A stretch of 64,000 nt of DNA from Mobula hypostoma (Eukaryota), in NCBI RefSeq assembly GCF_963921235.1, contig NC_086097.1, forward strand, positions 157,420,001 through 157,484,000, given 5' to 3'. Under the pieces are notes generated by a model. It was not told where the DNA came from, did not search any database, and saw only the letters and a list, made by a program, of their open reading frames with translations. A program made the position numbers and the translations under genes. Of the stretch, positions 1 to 13,228 are shown in pieces; position 1 is the first letter of the stretch; each line of letters opens with the position of its first letter.

Positions 1-3000
1 ACAATATTTTATCAGTGTTATGTAATTGAAAGTTGATTCTTCCTACCTTCAACTTCTGAGTGATTTCACATCACACCAGATAAGGCCTTTTGGCATGAGT
101 CACTTTTGCACATCTAGCACAATTTTCCCTTTAGTCGTACACTGGATGACATGCTTTCCCTGCAGAACTATTTGGGAGCACTGTATAGGGTAACTAAGAT
201 AAAGCTGTCTGTAATGTAAGCTGTTGTCAGTCATGCTTAAGTATAATATGCTAGATTGGGACACCTATAAACTCGTCTATTACGTATTAAAGTCAATAGG
301 TTATGTTTCGTAAGTCTACAATTATTCTTTAAGGAGGTAACTTAATTAAAGCATGAGAGCTGTTTTGTTGACATAATTCATTTGCACTTTTAGATGTTGT
401 ATGATAAAGTCCAATATCAGAAGGGTCTTTAGAAATCAACCAACTACGCACAACAATGATATGGGAATAGAAAACAGAATGCACTGAAAGCCATAAGCCC
501 TGACTGAGGATAGTAACTTGTACCATTTCATGGCATATGTTCTTTGTCTCTTAATGTTCTGAATATCCATAAGTAAGTAGCAAGGGAAACAACTGGAATA
601 TAAAGTTTGCTAATGACACCAAACTCTACATGTAGATCATCAGAATGATTTGTAGCCTTCGAGACATTCGAATGAATTAAGTGGATGAGGTAATGAATAT
701 GAAATTATACATAAATATGAAATAAGACATACACAGTGGGGAGACTATGCTCACAGGACTTGTAAAACTCATGATTAAACACCACATTTAAGGGTAATTT
801 TCTTAATTCTGCTCCCAGTATGACGATTTGCCTACTGGGAATGTGCATCAGCGATCTACATACACACCCTCCAAAGTATTCTGTCCTTCATATCAATTTT
901 AGTGATAGAAAAACACAAATTTCCAATGTGAACTTTCAGCAAAATCAAACCAGGAGCACAAGGTCATAAAATCAGCCCTTTAGACTTCCATGTACAATTT
1001 TCATTATCCTACCTTCAACGGTACACTGACACATTGGAGAGAATTCAGGGATGAGCGACTAGGATTATTCTGGGATTTAGGGCTCTATAGATTGAAAAGA
1101 AAACACCAAGATCTGATCTTACTTCCATTGAAGAATTGTCAATTAAGGGACATACAGACAGACACAGATTATTCAACTTTGATTTCAATCATGGAACCAG
1201 CAAACACAAAAACAAATTTATCTAGCACCCCAAAGGAGTGGAGATTTTAAGATTTCTACCCACTGAGACATTAATTGGGTTAGGCAGAACCTACAGGATC
1301 TGGAAAGGAAATATGCCAAATTGACTTTCTATATTCTATGCTGTGCAAATTAAGATCCGGAAATATTAACAATTTATCAGAAATGCAAACTAACTTTTGT
1401 TTATTCAATTGGTGCAGAAGAAGAGTGGGATTTAATACGATAGGATTCTAACACACTGCAGTTTCTGAAACAATATAAATTCTACTCAAGTGAAAATGGT
1501 CTATTCTAAATCTGCAGGCAACAGTTCCCCATAGTTGCTTTTAATATTGGTACAATGTATATAACTTCCTAGAAAACATATTGCCCCAATTACGCTAAAT
1601 AAATCACCCACCTGTATTGAAGACCATGCCTCTGGCAAGACCGCAGAAAAATCTATACAAAACTGTTTTACTATTTGCTTATTTTTAGGATAAGAAGACA
1701 ATATATTTAATCTGTTAGAAATTTTATACCTTGGGCAGCTCACTATAAGTTTGCAAGGTTTGCATTTGTGTCCTTTTCCACAACTGCAAAAAAAAAGTTA
1801 TTCTTCGGTTAACTCCTAACTCACGCAAATCTTCACGTGCCAATCCAGAAAACAAATTGCCAGGAAATTAAGTTGCATTGGAAACATAACCAATTGCATT
1901 GCACTGTTGGCCCAATGAGCAATTTTTTTTTTACTCCATGGAGACACAGTTAAAACTGTGCAGCCTTGGTTCATACTTCCTCCCCCATGTTAGGGAGAAC
2001 TATGGCCAATTGGAATGTTCCAAACTCCACATGATAAAAATCAACAAATTCAGGTTTCACAATGCAGAAAAAAAAACATGTTCACATTAACTTTTAACAA
2101 CAAAATACATGGTATAGAAATAAAATTTAATAACCCACAATTGTTCAAAGCAGTAAGTGTGCTCAAATCTATGGATTTTTCTGGTTTTTCAACTAATCTT
2201 CAGCCAATGTTAAGGTCAAAGTCTCAAAGAAATTCTATTCAGGGCTGTTTTGCCCATTTCCTTCAAGTAAATGTATTCCATATTTCATAGGAGAATATTC
2301 TGCTGGTTCCTGTTAACACTGAGCTCCCGTTGAGGCAAACATCTCTAACTATAACAGGAATCAGCTGGTTTCCTCAGACACCATTAACAAGTACAATTTT
2401 CTAGTATGTTGCTTTCAAAGTAATAAAACCATTCCTACATGAAAAAAATATAGAATCATTTATCTCTCAAGTGATTTGGCTACATTCCAAGAAAAAGTCT
2501 CCCAATACTGTACCTATACATTAATTTGAATATTTGGTGAAAGGAAACAATATTGAATGCTAATTTTTTTAAATTTTAGAGAATTTAGTTACCTGTATAC
2601 TTATCTGTAAGCCCCAGTCATTCCTTCTTAATTTGATTAATATTCTAAAATTGGAAGCCAGAGACAAGGGGAACAAAATGTTTGCATGCATCTTTCCGTA
2701 GTAACTATACTCATTATCTCAGTAATTATGACTCATTATCAGTGCCATAACTTCGTATTTGTGATACTATTGGACTTGAAATGGGAGTCCATACTAAATT
2801 TCATAACCAGACTTCCTCCAACTTGCGACTCCAAGTCACAAGGAGCATTTGAGATAAGCACCAGTCGACACATGGAATAACACGGAAAGATGCCCACAGG
2901 TCAGCATGTACACATTGGGCTGAATGGTCTATTTCAGTACCAAATGTTTCCATTACTCTATAAATTTTCCATTACTACATTTGAAATTCTGAAGCACCTC

Positions 3001-5705
3001 TCTTCCCCTTTTACGTGCAAAGTTCCCTTTTTGAAGTGAAGTAGAGAATGCTAGAATTAAGCAGCAGGACATGGCTCTGTGGAGAAACAGTCAGGTCAAT
3101 GACCTATCATCAGAACCTGAATAACAGTTAATCAGTAGAACATTTCTTTTCCCAATGAACCTGGTGAGGATTTCTAGCATGGATGATTTTATATCAAATG
3201 TTCAGAATTTCAGTACTGTTGGATTTTCTGATATTGTTCAGAATGTGAACATCAATTTAACGGTGCATGAGATAAAAGCCAGTCAGTGATATCCAGCCTA
3301 TGCATGAATGCTTCAAACTGGTGATTCCAACTTATCCAACTTCCTACCCTCTCAGTACATAATGCTACCCAAATATATCACTTAGTCAGCGGATCCTTTG
3401 CTATATGCTTTGGAATGAGAAGAGCCCACCAAGCGTTGGTCTGGGCTAGACGGACACTACTTCTAACAACCAATGGAATGGTTGACTCCATTTCAGGTAC
3501 TACTACAGTATCCCAAACCAAACAGCATTGATAATGGTATGCTGAAAGTCACAGTGTATATGAAAGCTAGACAAAGTTAAGATTTATTTTGTGTTTTCTC
3601 ACTGTATCTTTTGGAAAAACTTTAATCGTGACCATAAATTGCGATCTTTACCACGTGTTTTAACTGACTCAGTGGTTCAGTATTGCTTAGGAAGATTCTG
3701 CTTGGATAAAACCTTGGAAAACTTAGATCTTCATGCTGATCAGAGCTCGCAAAGCAGTGAAGACAGCAACAAGCCTGGAGACTGCAAACTATGCCCGTAA
3801 GTGATAAAAGGCCTTAGAGAACAAAGGATCATAATACTGTCAATGAGGAAGTTTATGAGAATGAAAAAAATACACTGCAATATAGAGGAAAGTACCTTGG
3901 ATGGTAGCATTATGTAACCAGATAAAGTAATTCTCAGTGATTAAGTTTGAAAACTCCCTCTTGAGGGCTCAGAGCTCTCTCTAGCTCAACACACTGGACA
4001 CCAAGATGTCAATAATGTGTTGTCAATGAAGAACATCAACCAGGGCAACTTTAGCCTGATAGCTTTAACAAAGTCTGGCCCAGAGAAGCATGACCAACAA
4101 TGTAGGTAATGTCTAAACAATTAGCCAGATGAAGGCCAATAGCAGAGACCAGCAGCAGCTCATGTTTGCTGTACCTTATGCTTTGAAGCACCCTTTCACT
4201 AGTTTCAGATATGCAGCCTCCTTTCCCATTCATGGGGGGCTTTCAGCGCCCAAAAAGAATCCAAAACAACCCACACACTATCACTTTCAACTCCTTGCTG
4301 CTGATTATAGTGGTAAGAATTAGACAGCTGGCCGTTTAAAACCCCTCCCAAATTTTACATTACATCCTCCTAAAAAGTACGACCTTGACAATATGCTATA
4401 GATTCTAACGTACACATGGTTAATAATTTTTATTCTTCTCTCAGTGATTTTTAAATTAAGAGTACCAATACCTAAAATATTTTGGAAAACCCCTTCACCT
4501 GAATATGAGGAATCATTAATCTCCATAAAATCAACTGGTTAATCCCTATTTCAGCGAACTGTTAAAGGCTTCGAGGGTGGAAAAAGATCCAGAGTTGATG
4601 TAAAGCTCTCCATAGCCAGTCATAGCAAGTTGGAGGAAATCTATATCATCACATGTGCTTTTGAAAATCAAGATAAATGTCCAACGGGCAACAATTGGCC
4701 TACAAGTAACAACAGGGCATGGTTGAAATGCATAATTCAACAGTCTTGAGATGATTTCATGTACATTTCATTCTAGTTTTATTTTCACAACAAAATCTGT
4801 ACTCACAGGGAAAGAAAATGGAGTAAACGATTCTGCTGTTGTGGATATTCATTTGCTGAAGTGGCTCTTGTTAAAATAACATTCTTCCTGAAGTGATTGG
4901 CAAAATCATTAGATTTTAAAAAATAGGTCTGCTATGACCCTAATTTAGGGTGTATCTGAATTAAACAAACATAGCTCTGTTCTGTGCTTGGAAGCTATTT
5001 CCTTTCAATCTGATTTTTGCTTTCACTTTCTAGCAGTCAACATCCAACACCTTCCCCATTTCACTCGCCCTCACCCACTTCCACCATAACCATCTGCCAC
5101 ATTCCCCTAAACATACTAGGTGGGTAAGCCAAGTGAACAGATTGTCATCCACAATACTTTCATTTGGCACTACTTGAGACGACTTGAGGAGCTTGTGATC
5201 TCAGCCTGGGGTGACTTGCATTCTTCCTTCCTTCCTGAAAAGAATCAGAGCCCTTCTCTCACAAAGGTAAAAGTTAGAACTGAGTGTTGAGAAATTACAT
5301 AAACAAAGATGTGCTTCTTTTATTCAGGGTGATGGGTGCCATCTGCTTGAGTTGTATATATTGTTTGCCATATTTTCAGCTAGTGAACAGCAAATTTTGA
5401 TAATATGCAAATTGGAAGGTAATCTTCATGGGCGTTGACTGTATATACCTTCTACTGTTCCCATGCTTGAAAGGCTAGTTGAAGAAGCTTCTTCATGATT
5501 GGGTTGTAGTATTAACAGATAGTATGCATTTCAGCCATGGTAAATACTGTAGATGATGGGGGAGAAAATGGTCAAGATGATTGACAGGATATGCAGCATT
5601 GGCTGCCAAGGACAGTGTTGATCCTGTTCAATAATCTTTGGAGTTAGACTCATCTAAGCTAGTACACTGCTTCATTGTACCCCTGGCTTAGATGATAAGA
5701 TATAG

Positions 5706-5818
5706 ACAATAGACAATAGGTGCAGGAGTAGGTCATTCAGCCCTTCAAGCCAGCACCACCATTCACTGTGATCATGGGTGATCATCCACAATCAGTACCC
5801 TGTTCCTGCCTTCTCCCC
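5706..5818 (-). mobile_element. Short CR1 3'-end copy nested in another CR1 3' end, TSD ATATAG
   Basis: (ACAATAG) tail repeats; similar to 31315-31410; ATATAG at 5700-5705 and 5819-5824; the host ataagatatag|gagcagaattaggcc rejoins when it is removed. Confidence 0.75.
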
Positions 5819-7117
5819 ATATAGGAGCAGAATTAGGCCACTTGGTCCATCGAGTCTGCTCCACATATGAACAGTGAAGGGGCTTTGGGAAGTCATCAGC
5901 TGATCAGAATACCAAATACCTGACATGCTCCTGTAGCCACAATATTTATCTGGCTGATTCAGTGAAACATGCTCTAAGATAATAGTGACAGGGAAGTTGA
6001 TGATAGCACTGAATAAAAAGAGGGTGGTAGTTATATACTCGCTTTTTGGAAGTGGGCAATGGTTGGTAGCGGGCATGGCGAATAGTGCTGCTGGTTCATG
6101 CCTCCAATCTGGACTTCAGTCTTCCAGTGCTCTTCTGTGAAGCTTGGATGTTCGCTAAGTGGTTGTGGGCACTTTCCCTGGGTGCTCCCGTTTCCTTGCA
6201 CATCTTAAGGATGTGCAAGGTAGATTCAGTGGCTGACTTAAATTACCTTTGGTGCAGGTGGCTGGTAGAAATGGTGTAGGGTTAATGGACATTGAGGCAG
6301 AGTAGCTCACATGAAAACCAGTGGAAATGGCACTGATCAGATCCTTCTTTTGAGGCAAAATACACACAATGGGCCAATTTACCTCCTTCAATGTTGTAAA
6401 TAAAAATGAATAATGCTGTAGCATATATACTAGTTATAAATATTAATTGTGTTTCTAAGGCTCCAACTTATTAAACAGTTGTCTGATCAACTACTCCATG
6501 TACATGGAACGTTCTAGTCAGTTTATGAAGAACCTTGAATGAACTACATACATATACAACTAATCTCCTTAATGGGACAACATCTAAAAAGTATCTCATG
6601 AAAACTTCTTTTTAACCTGAAAAAAAAACATAGCATTGATTTTGTGTTAAAATTTTCACTCAGATATTCTCTACAGATTAACTTTTTACACATTTTTATA
6701 AACATGTGTATAGTCACTTGGTATCAAATATTCTCATGCATATATATATTTGCACACTCTACAATAGACTTCCGGAGGGAGCAAGAACCTACTGAGCAAA
6801 CACAGTTTATAGTCATAGTCTAGTCCAAGCCTGGATGCTGTTCATGTCTTGCTACACAAGGTCACAGACATTTTGACATCTTATCAGCTACAACAGAGCT
6901 GAACATTAACACAAGGCTCTGAAACTGCAAGTCATGTTTCACTGAAGCTGTGACAATATTTAACATAGGAAACTAAAATATTTCAAAAAGAGGTTTCAGA
7001 TAATTATTTGCAGCTTGTCATTATACTTTTGACTGCTTCTGCCAAATTAGAAACAGAAAAGATAAAAATAAAATCTGAAACTTGCTCAGTGAAAGACACC
7101 CCACTTGATTTCCTTAC

Positions 7118-7761
7118 CTCTAAAGAGCTTGTGGATAATGTAGAAACTGTCTCACTTTTGGACACCATCCCCGAGTTCCCTGAATCACCTGCATCACACA
7201 GGTTATTGGGAGGTTGGGCTTCGTTTGTAGCACTCTGTGTCTGGTGGCCAGGAGAAGCCCTTTCATTGCAAGAAATGTTGATGCGATCCATTGGGGTGTT
7301 TTTAGCACAAAACCCACTGTCTGCATTGAGGTGAATAAGTCTAGTCTGGGGCAATTGACTAATGTTAATGTTATATTTACTTTCGTCTTTTGGTTTGGCC
7401 CTCAGGGTTGAGGTATTGGTGGGCAGAATGACATAGTTAGTATCCATCACTGGTTCCTGTGCTCGTGCTAGCTCTGAGTCTAACTGCTTGAAAATGTCAC
7501 CATCACATATATACATTGATTTTGGTTGTTCACTCTTATTTAATTTCAAGGTGTGGTCACTAAACTCGTTCACATTTAATGATCCTGGATAATTCAGCGA
7601 TCCCTGGAGATGCATTTTTGACACATTTGCTGGAAGACTTGAAAAGCCAGATAACTTCTGATGGGTGAATTTTATTTTCATCTCGTCTTCATGGGCCATC
7701 GATCGCTTCAGTGTTCCTGTGAGCGTCCCTGTTCTGACTGCGTTGATATCCTTATTTAAAA
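7118..7761 (-). CDS. ADGRB1: ADGRB1 large cytoplasmic-tail exon ([20 protein letters not shown]...STLSTSSLE), 644 nt
   Basis: Acceptor cacattgcag|TT TTA, donor GAG|gtaagg, inside ORF 7004..7870. BAI1-type motifs [34 protein letters not shown] and PQTRLIHL. Confidence 0.95.
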
Positions 7762-9690
7762 CTGCAATGTGGAGAATAACAACTGATTTATATTTCATCA
7801 ATGCATTTGGAAAATGCTGCATATCAATCAACACATGTTTCTGGATAGTTCTGTTTCTGTTTAATGGCAAGCAACATGTGGCAAAGTGCTACATGAACAG
7901 GAAACCACCAACAGAATCACCAGATGTTCACAGCTGTTTTATTGAACCTCTTAAAGGGCTCTAATTACATAAATATGATTGCATTCTATGGTTTCCCTGA
8001 AAGACTGGGTTTTTAAAATTTGTATATAAAGCAATAATATCATAGCAATAAAGATATTCATACTAAGAAATAATTTTATTGCTATAGACTTAAACAAAAA
8101 AAATCAGTAAAGTATATATTTAAACAAAATTGTTTTATATAAAACATAAAAGAAATTTGGTCTCAATCTATTTAACTCTTTGTCATGTATCTCCCATTCT
8201 CATTAGTTTAAAGTGAATCTCTAACTCCTTAAATTGAAAGGACTTAAATATGCAATTAATCTATAAGCACATGAAAGGTTTATCTTGCTACAAAAATATT
8301 ATCTAAGCAAACCATGTAAATTTAAGTCTGCAATAATTGAATGGTGTGGATTTTGCATCAAACCCAGAATGTCCTCTACATTAATTATAAAAACACTATT
8401 CCCCTCCCAATTAGCTTTCAGTGTTTAAGATAATTTTCTTGTTTTCCTTTTTTCTTCCACTATTCCAAAGCAAATAGTCTCTGATTCTGTTGTTATTTTG
8501 TTTAATTAATATGTAACCATTCTCAACTCGTGTTTTTGTGATGATCCTACCATACACATCAGCATTTAAATTGCATTTTCTCACAGAGGCTGGTGTCATT
8601 AATGAAAGTTCACATTAGTATAGTTAGGGGGGGATGCTCTACTGTGATTGGGATTAAAGACAATTTGGTGGTGTAGAGGGAGCTTTATTCCGTTTCTAGC
8701 CCATGCTATTCCTAACCTGGGAGTGCTTGATCCTGACACTGCTTTCTCAAAGTAGAAAAGTGATCCACTCCCCAGCGCTGACATCCTTCAGCTTGATAAA
8801 CTAAAAAGAATATGAATTTAAAGAAAGAATAACTAAAACTGAGTCTCAAATAGTGTTGCAATACAATCCACTCTTGTCGAGAAAAAACAACTCAAATATG
8901 CAGTTTATAAATACATATTTTCCATAAGATCAGCATGTAAAATGCCAGCTGTATGTTTTAATTATAGCTGTTTCAGAGACAACTAATCAAATAATTTATA
9001 AACACTCCTCAGAGGATCTTGAAAATTAATTATTTACCATGGCAAACAAATATACATCATATAATATTTCTTTTATTAGCTATATTTGAATGCTTGATCA
9101 GAACTCCAATTAGGGTGTCAATTTGGAGCATAAGCTTTAACAAGTCCTCCACACTAACAATCAAAAAAAAACACCGTGATATAGTATAGACAATGAAGTG
9201 GATGAGTTTCCTTTGAGCTTTTTCTGTCAATCTTTAAATTGGTTAAACCGTTTCTTATACAGGAATATTGCTGAATGAAAGAAAACTCCAAGAAAACTCA
9301 AACACTAAATCACCTCATTGACCTTTTAAGTTTTTAAAATAAATAGAAAAAAATGGCCACAAATATTAATCCCATTCAGGATATGCAGCAATGCTTGAAG
9401 TACACTTGAGCTATTGGTTATGAAGGGAGGTAAAGAAAGGAAAATCAGTTCAGTCTCCTGATGGCCTCCAGAAGCCATCTATGGATGATGCACAAGGGCA
9501 TCAATGACAATGTGAATGGGTTCAGTGGCTGAAGCCACCTTTGGCCAAACAGCCTGGCAACAAGCAGTGCTGTGAATCCCTTCACAAAAACATGGGTTAT
9601 TTGGTCAAAGTAGAAGATGATACCTGCAGAATAATTCCACAGCAAGAATTATGAGGTAAAAAATAAAACAAACATTATTTTATCACTTAC

Positions 9691-9730
9691 CTGATCTACA
9701 TGCCATATCTACATCCTTTTCAAAGTCAGT
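9691..9730 (-). CDS. ADGRB1: ADGRB1 coding exon (TDFEKDVDMACRS), 40 nt
   Basis: Acceptor cttttatag|ACT, donor TCA G|gtaagt. Conserved ADGRB TDFEKDVDxACRS motif. Phase 1 out fits the next exon. Confidence 0.95.
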
Positions 9731-10288
9731 CTATAAAAGTTAGGGAAAAATAGTTTAGAAAAAATGACACATATTGTTACTGCGTGTCTTTTTCCTGACA
9801 TTTCACGCTCCTTTCTTGCTTTAGCAATAACTGTCTGGGTGATAGTATGCTGAATCACTCTTGGATCTCAATACTGCTTGAAATTGATGCTTCTCATGAC
9901 TAAAAGGCTCAACTGCTAATTCCACTGAAGAGGACACCTCACTGCACTTTGTAAGACAAGTCCCCCTTTGAAAGCCTCATCAAAAAGAAACATTGATTGG
10001 AGAACCGGAAGTGATTTTAATCCCTGGATAACTGGGAGCAATGTCATTTGAGTATACTGAGTGCTGTTCCGAATTCTCGATTCCACTGTCTACTATCCTT
10101 AACTTTTGTGGGCTCAACAGAGATGCCCCCCCGGCAAACCCCTTCCTTTCTAGAGCCCACAACAGTATGACTCATACCTCTGCTGGCTCCATTCAGTTCC
10201 ACCATTCACAGAACTTTGGCTAGAGGGTGTACCCCGCAGTTTTCCAATTCTGACTAAAAACAGCAATCAAGGTCACATATACATCTAA

Positions 10289-10367
10289 CAGGTGTTCCTA
10301 ACCTGAGATTCACAGACCTCTTGCTTAATGATTTTGGTCCACGGCATAAAAAAGTTGGCAACTCCTT
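10289..10367. mobile_element. 80-bp hAT MITE, same family, more diverged
   Basis: CAGGTGTTCCTAACCT..ggtccacggcataaaaaagttggcaactcct; ATCTAA on both flanks. Confidence 0.7.
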
Positions 10368-10715
10368 ATCTAATTGAATCAGATTTCTACATTCAAAGAT
10401 GCTTTAAACAGATGGATAATTTGCACAGCAAGTACTGCAAGAGCCATATTTTCATTATTTAGAGGTTGCTAACTTCATATTGGGACTATTGGCATCTTTA
10501 ATGCTTGGTCAAAGTAGTATATTTCAGTTGCACTGATTCCAAAAACAAGTTTATCATTAACAATGTTTAGTGTTTACCAGACCAGTTCATGGGATAGGAG
10601 GTTTATTATACAAGAAGAGAGAATGAGTAGGATTGGTCTCTATTCTTCAGAAGAGTGCACAGTGACCTCACTGAAACAAAATTTGCCACAGGATGTTTCA
10701 CCTGGCTAAGGATTC

Positions 10716-12563
10716 TCAAGTTCAGATTGGATCAGAATTAACAAAACAATACATAGTGGGAAATGGCACACCTCAAGGTAGTGTGATTAGCCCGTTACTT
10801 TTCATCATTATGATCAATGATGTCTTCACGAAGGTACCAGTGGATATAGGTAGGTCACTGTTTGCAGATGATGGGGCCTTGTGGAAAAGAGGCAGGAACA
10901 TGGAGCATATAATCAGGAAACCACAAGGAGCAATTGATGAAGTGGTGGAACGGGGAGCAAGTTGTTCAGCGTTGAAGAGAATGTATGTGGCTTTAGTAAG
11001 ATCTGTGTTGGACTATGGAAATATAGCATATGGATCAGCAGCTAGGTCTCTTATAAGGAAACTGGATGTGATTCAGGCTCAGGCTTTGAGAGTGTGCAAT
11101 AGGGCTTTTAAAACATCACCAGTATCAGCCCTACAGGTAGAAGTGGGAGTAATGCCTTTGGAACTAAGAAGGATGCAATTGATGGCAAACTACTGAGCTA
11201 ATTTGCAGGGGCATAATGATTCTTACCCTGCAAAAGGAGTGTTGCAGGAGTGCTGGGAAAGTGGGAGGTTTCAGTGGGATAACTTTAGTCAGGTAGGGAA
11301 CGATATTGTTAAAGAAACTGGAGTGTTTGATCTAAGGTCAAGTCCTTCAGTAGTTTATCTGGTTGTGGCTCCATGGAAGCTTGAATGGCCTGACATAGAC
11401 TGGCATTTGTTAGAGGTAAAAAGAAAAGGAAAATATAAAACTGATTTGGTAAGTGCATTTAACTGTCATCTGATGGAAAAGTATAGTTATTATACTCAGA
11501 TTTATACAGATGGTGCTAAGGATCCTGAAACAGGAGTGACAGGGTTTGGGGTAGCTATACCAGCAAAAGAAATTGGAATCAGCAGAAGAACATCTAATAA
11601 GTTAGGGGTGTTTACAGTGGAGATGCTGGCAGTGTTGGTTGCGTTGCAATGGGTAGAGAAAGCCAGACAAGTCAAAGTGTTGATATGCTCAGAGTCATCC
11701 TGTCCTAACAAGTTTAAGGTCTTTTCACTCAAACAGTTGGCAAGATGTATTTTATGAAGTCCTTCAGTCAGTCACAAGAATTGCAGATCAGGGAGGTCAG
11801 GTAAAATTTCTATGGGTTCCAGCACATGTAGAGGTGAAGGGGAATGAGAGGGTGGATGAGTTGGCAAAGAGGGTGTTAAAGAAAGAAAATATAGAAACGC
11901 ACATCAGTATCAGTAAAGCAGAGGTTAAGTGTGTAATCTGGGAAAAAAAAATCAACCAAATGTGGCAAGAAAGATGGGAAAGGGAGGCATTTATATCAAA
12001 TACAGAAGAGTGTTGCAGGTACTAGGGTAGGTAGTGGATACAGAAGAGAGGAAACTGTGTGGACTAGGTTAAGGCTGGGACACTGTGCATTAAATAAAAC
12101 ATTGAAAATGATAGGGAAACACCAGACAGGATTGTGTGAAGAGTGTCAGGAAGAGGAGTCAGTAAAGCATGTAGTTCTGAGTTGCAGGAAGTATAGGCTA
12201 CAGAGAGAGATGATGAGAATTAATCTAAGGGAATCGGGGGTGCAGGAATTCACATTAAAAGGGTTGCTGGGCATGAATGAGACAGCACAGGTCAGGGTAT
12301 TTTTAGCTTTCTTAAGGGGTACAGGGTTTTTTTTATAGGGTATGATGGATAAGCAGGAATAGGGTACTAGAATGGCCAAAGATGGAAGGATAAAATGTAG
12401 GTTAGGGTGTGTGAGTGTGAGAGAGTGAGAGAGTGAGAGAGAGAGAGAGAAAGAGAAAGAAGGGATTTAGAATACAAGTCTATTACACACACTCCGGAGC
12501 AGGAGGTGGCGGTAATGCACCATTAAGCTAGGTGCCAACCGCCATAAAATAAAAAGAAGAAGA
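10716..12563 (+). mobile_element. 5'-truncated Nimb/I-group non-LTR retrotransposon (RT end, RNase H, CCHC finger, 3' UTR), disrupted
   Basis: RT motifs PQGSVISPLLF and LFADD; RNase H motifs IYTDG and WVPAH..GNERVDELAK; C-terminal TRLRLGH..CEECQEEESVKHVVLSC; 3' hairpin and (AAG)n tail. Contains stops and frameshifts. Confidence 0.85.
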
Positions 12564-13052
12564 TTTCTAGAATGAGGGGTCAGAGTCTTAAAATAAGTCA
12601 CCACTGAAATGGGCAAGAATTTCTCCACTCTTGAGTCTTGGGAATTCCCTACTCTGAAAGGCTGTGGCAACTTAGTCTTTTAAAATTAAGATAAATGGAT
12701 TTTAGGTTCTTAGGGAAATGAGGGATACAAAAGAAAAATGGTATCAAGGGACTAAAATCAATTATGATCTAGTAAGGGGATAAATGGTTGACACACATTA
12801 CTATGTTTTATATTTTATATCCTGTATTATAGCAGTGACAGCACTGACAGCACTTCTGAAGTAACTCATTGAAGAGAACATGTTTTGAAGTACACTTTGT
12901 AGTACCCAAAGTTTGTGAAAGGCCCTTTAAAGTGATGAGCTTTCAGTCCATGGCAGGCACAGATACTACATTCTCATCAGATGTACACCTCGCTTCTTGT
13001 GATAAAATGGAATATTTTTCACTTTGAGATTGAAAGACACTGGTGGGGAGAT

Positions 13053-13228
13053 TAGATTTCGATTTAGAGATACAGCAGGGTAACAGGCCGTTCAAGCCCT
13101 GCAAGCCTGCGCTACTCAATTACACCCATACGATCAGTTAGCCTACTAACTCATTCAACTTAGAAATGTGCGTGGAAACCGCAGTACCCAGAGGAAAACC
13201 ACAGGGTCACAAGGAGAATGTACAAAGT
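13053..13228 (-). mobile_element. V-SINE-like fragment
   Basis: Reverse complement of the V core (ggaaaccgcagtacccagaggaaaaccacagggtcacaaggagaatgtacaaa) plus a 3' tail. Confidence 0.7.

Noticed and set aside
1..7117. Terminal ADGRB1 exons (RRKSRYAELDFE, KIMHTRKRH..QTEV)
   Set aside because: Searched by eye and not found; probably beyond the window start. A short exon could have been missed.
7004..7870. 288-aa ORF as a standalone gene
   Set aside because: Only 7118-7761 is bounded by splice sites and BAI1-like. The ends are intronic read-through.
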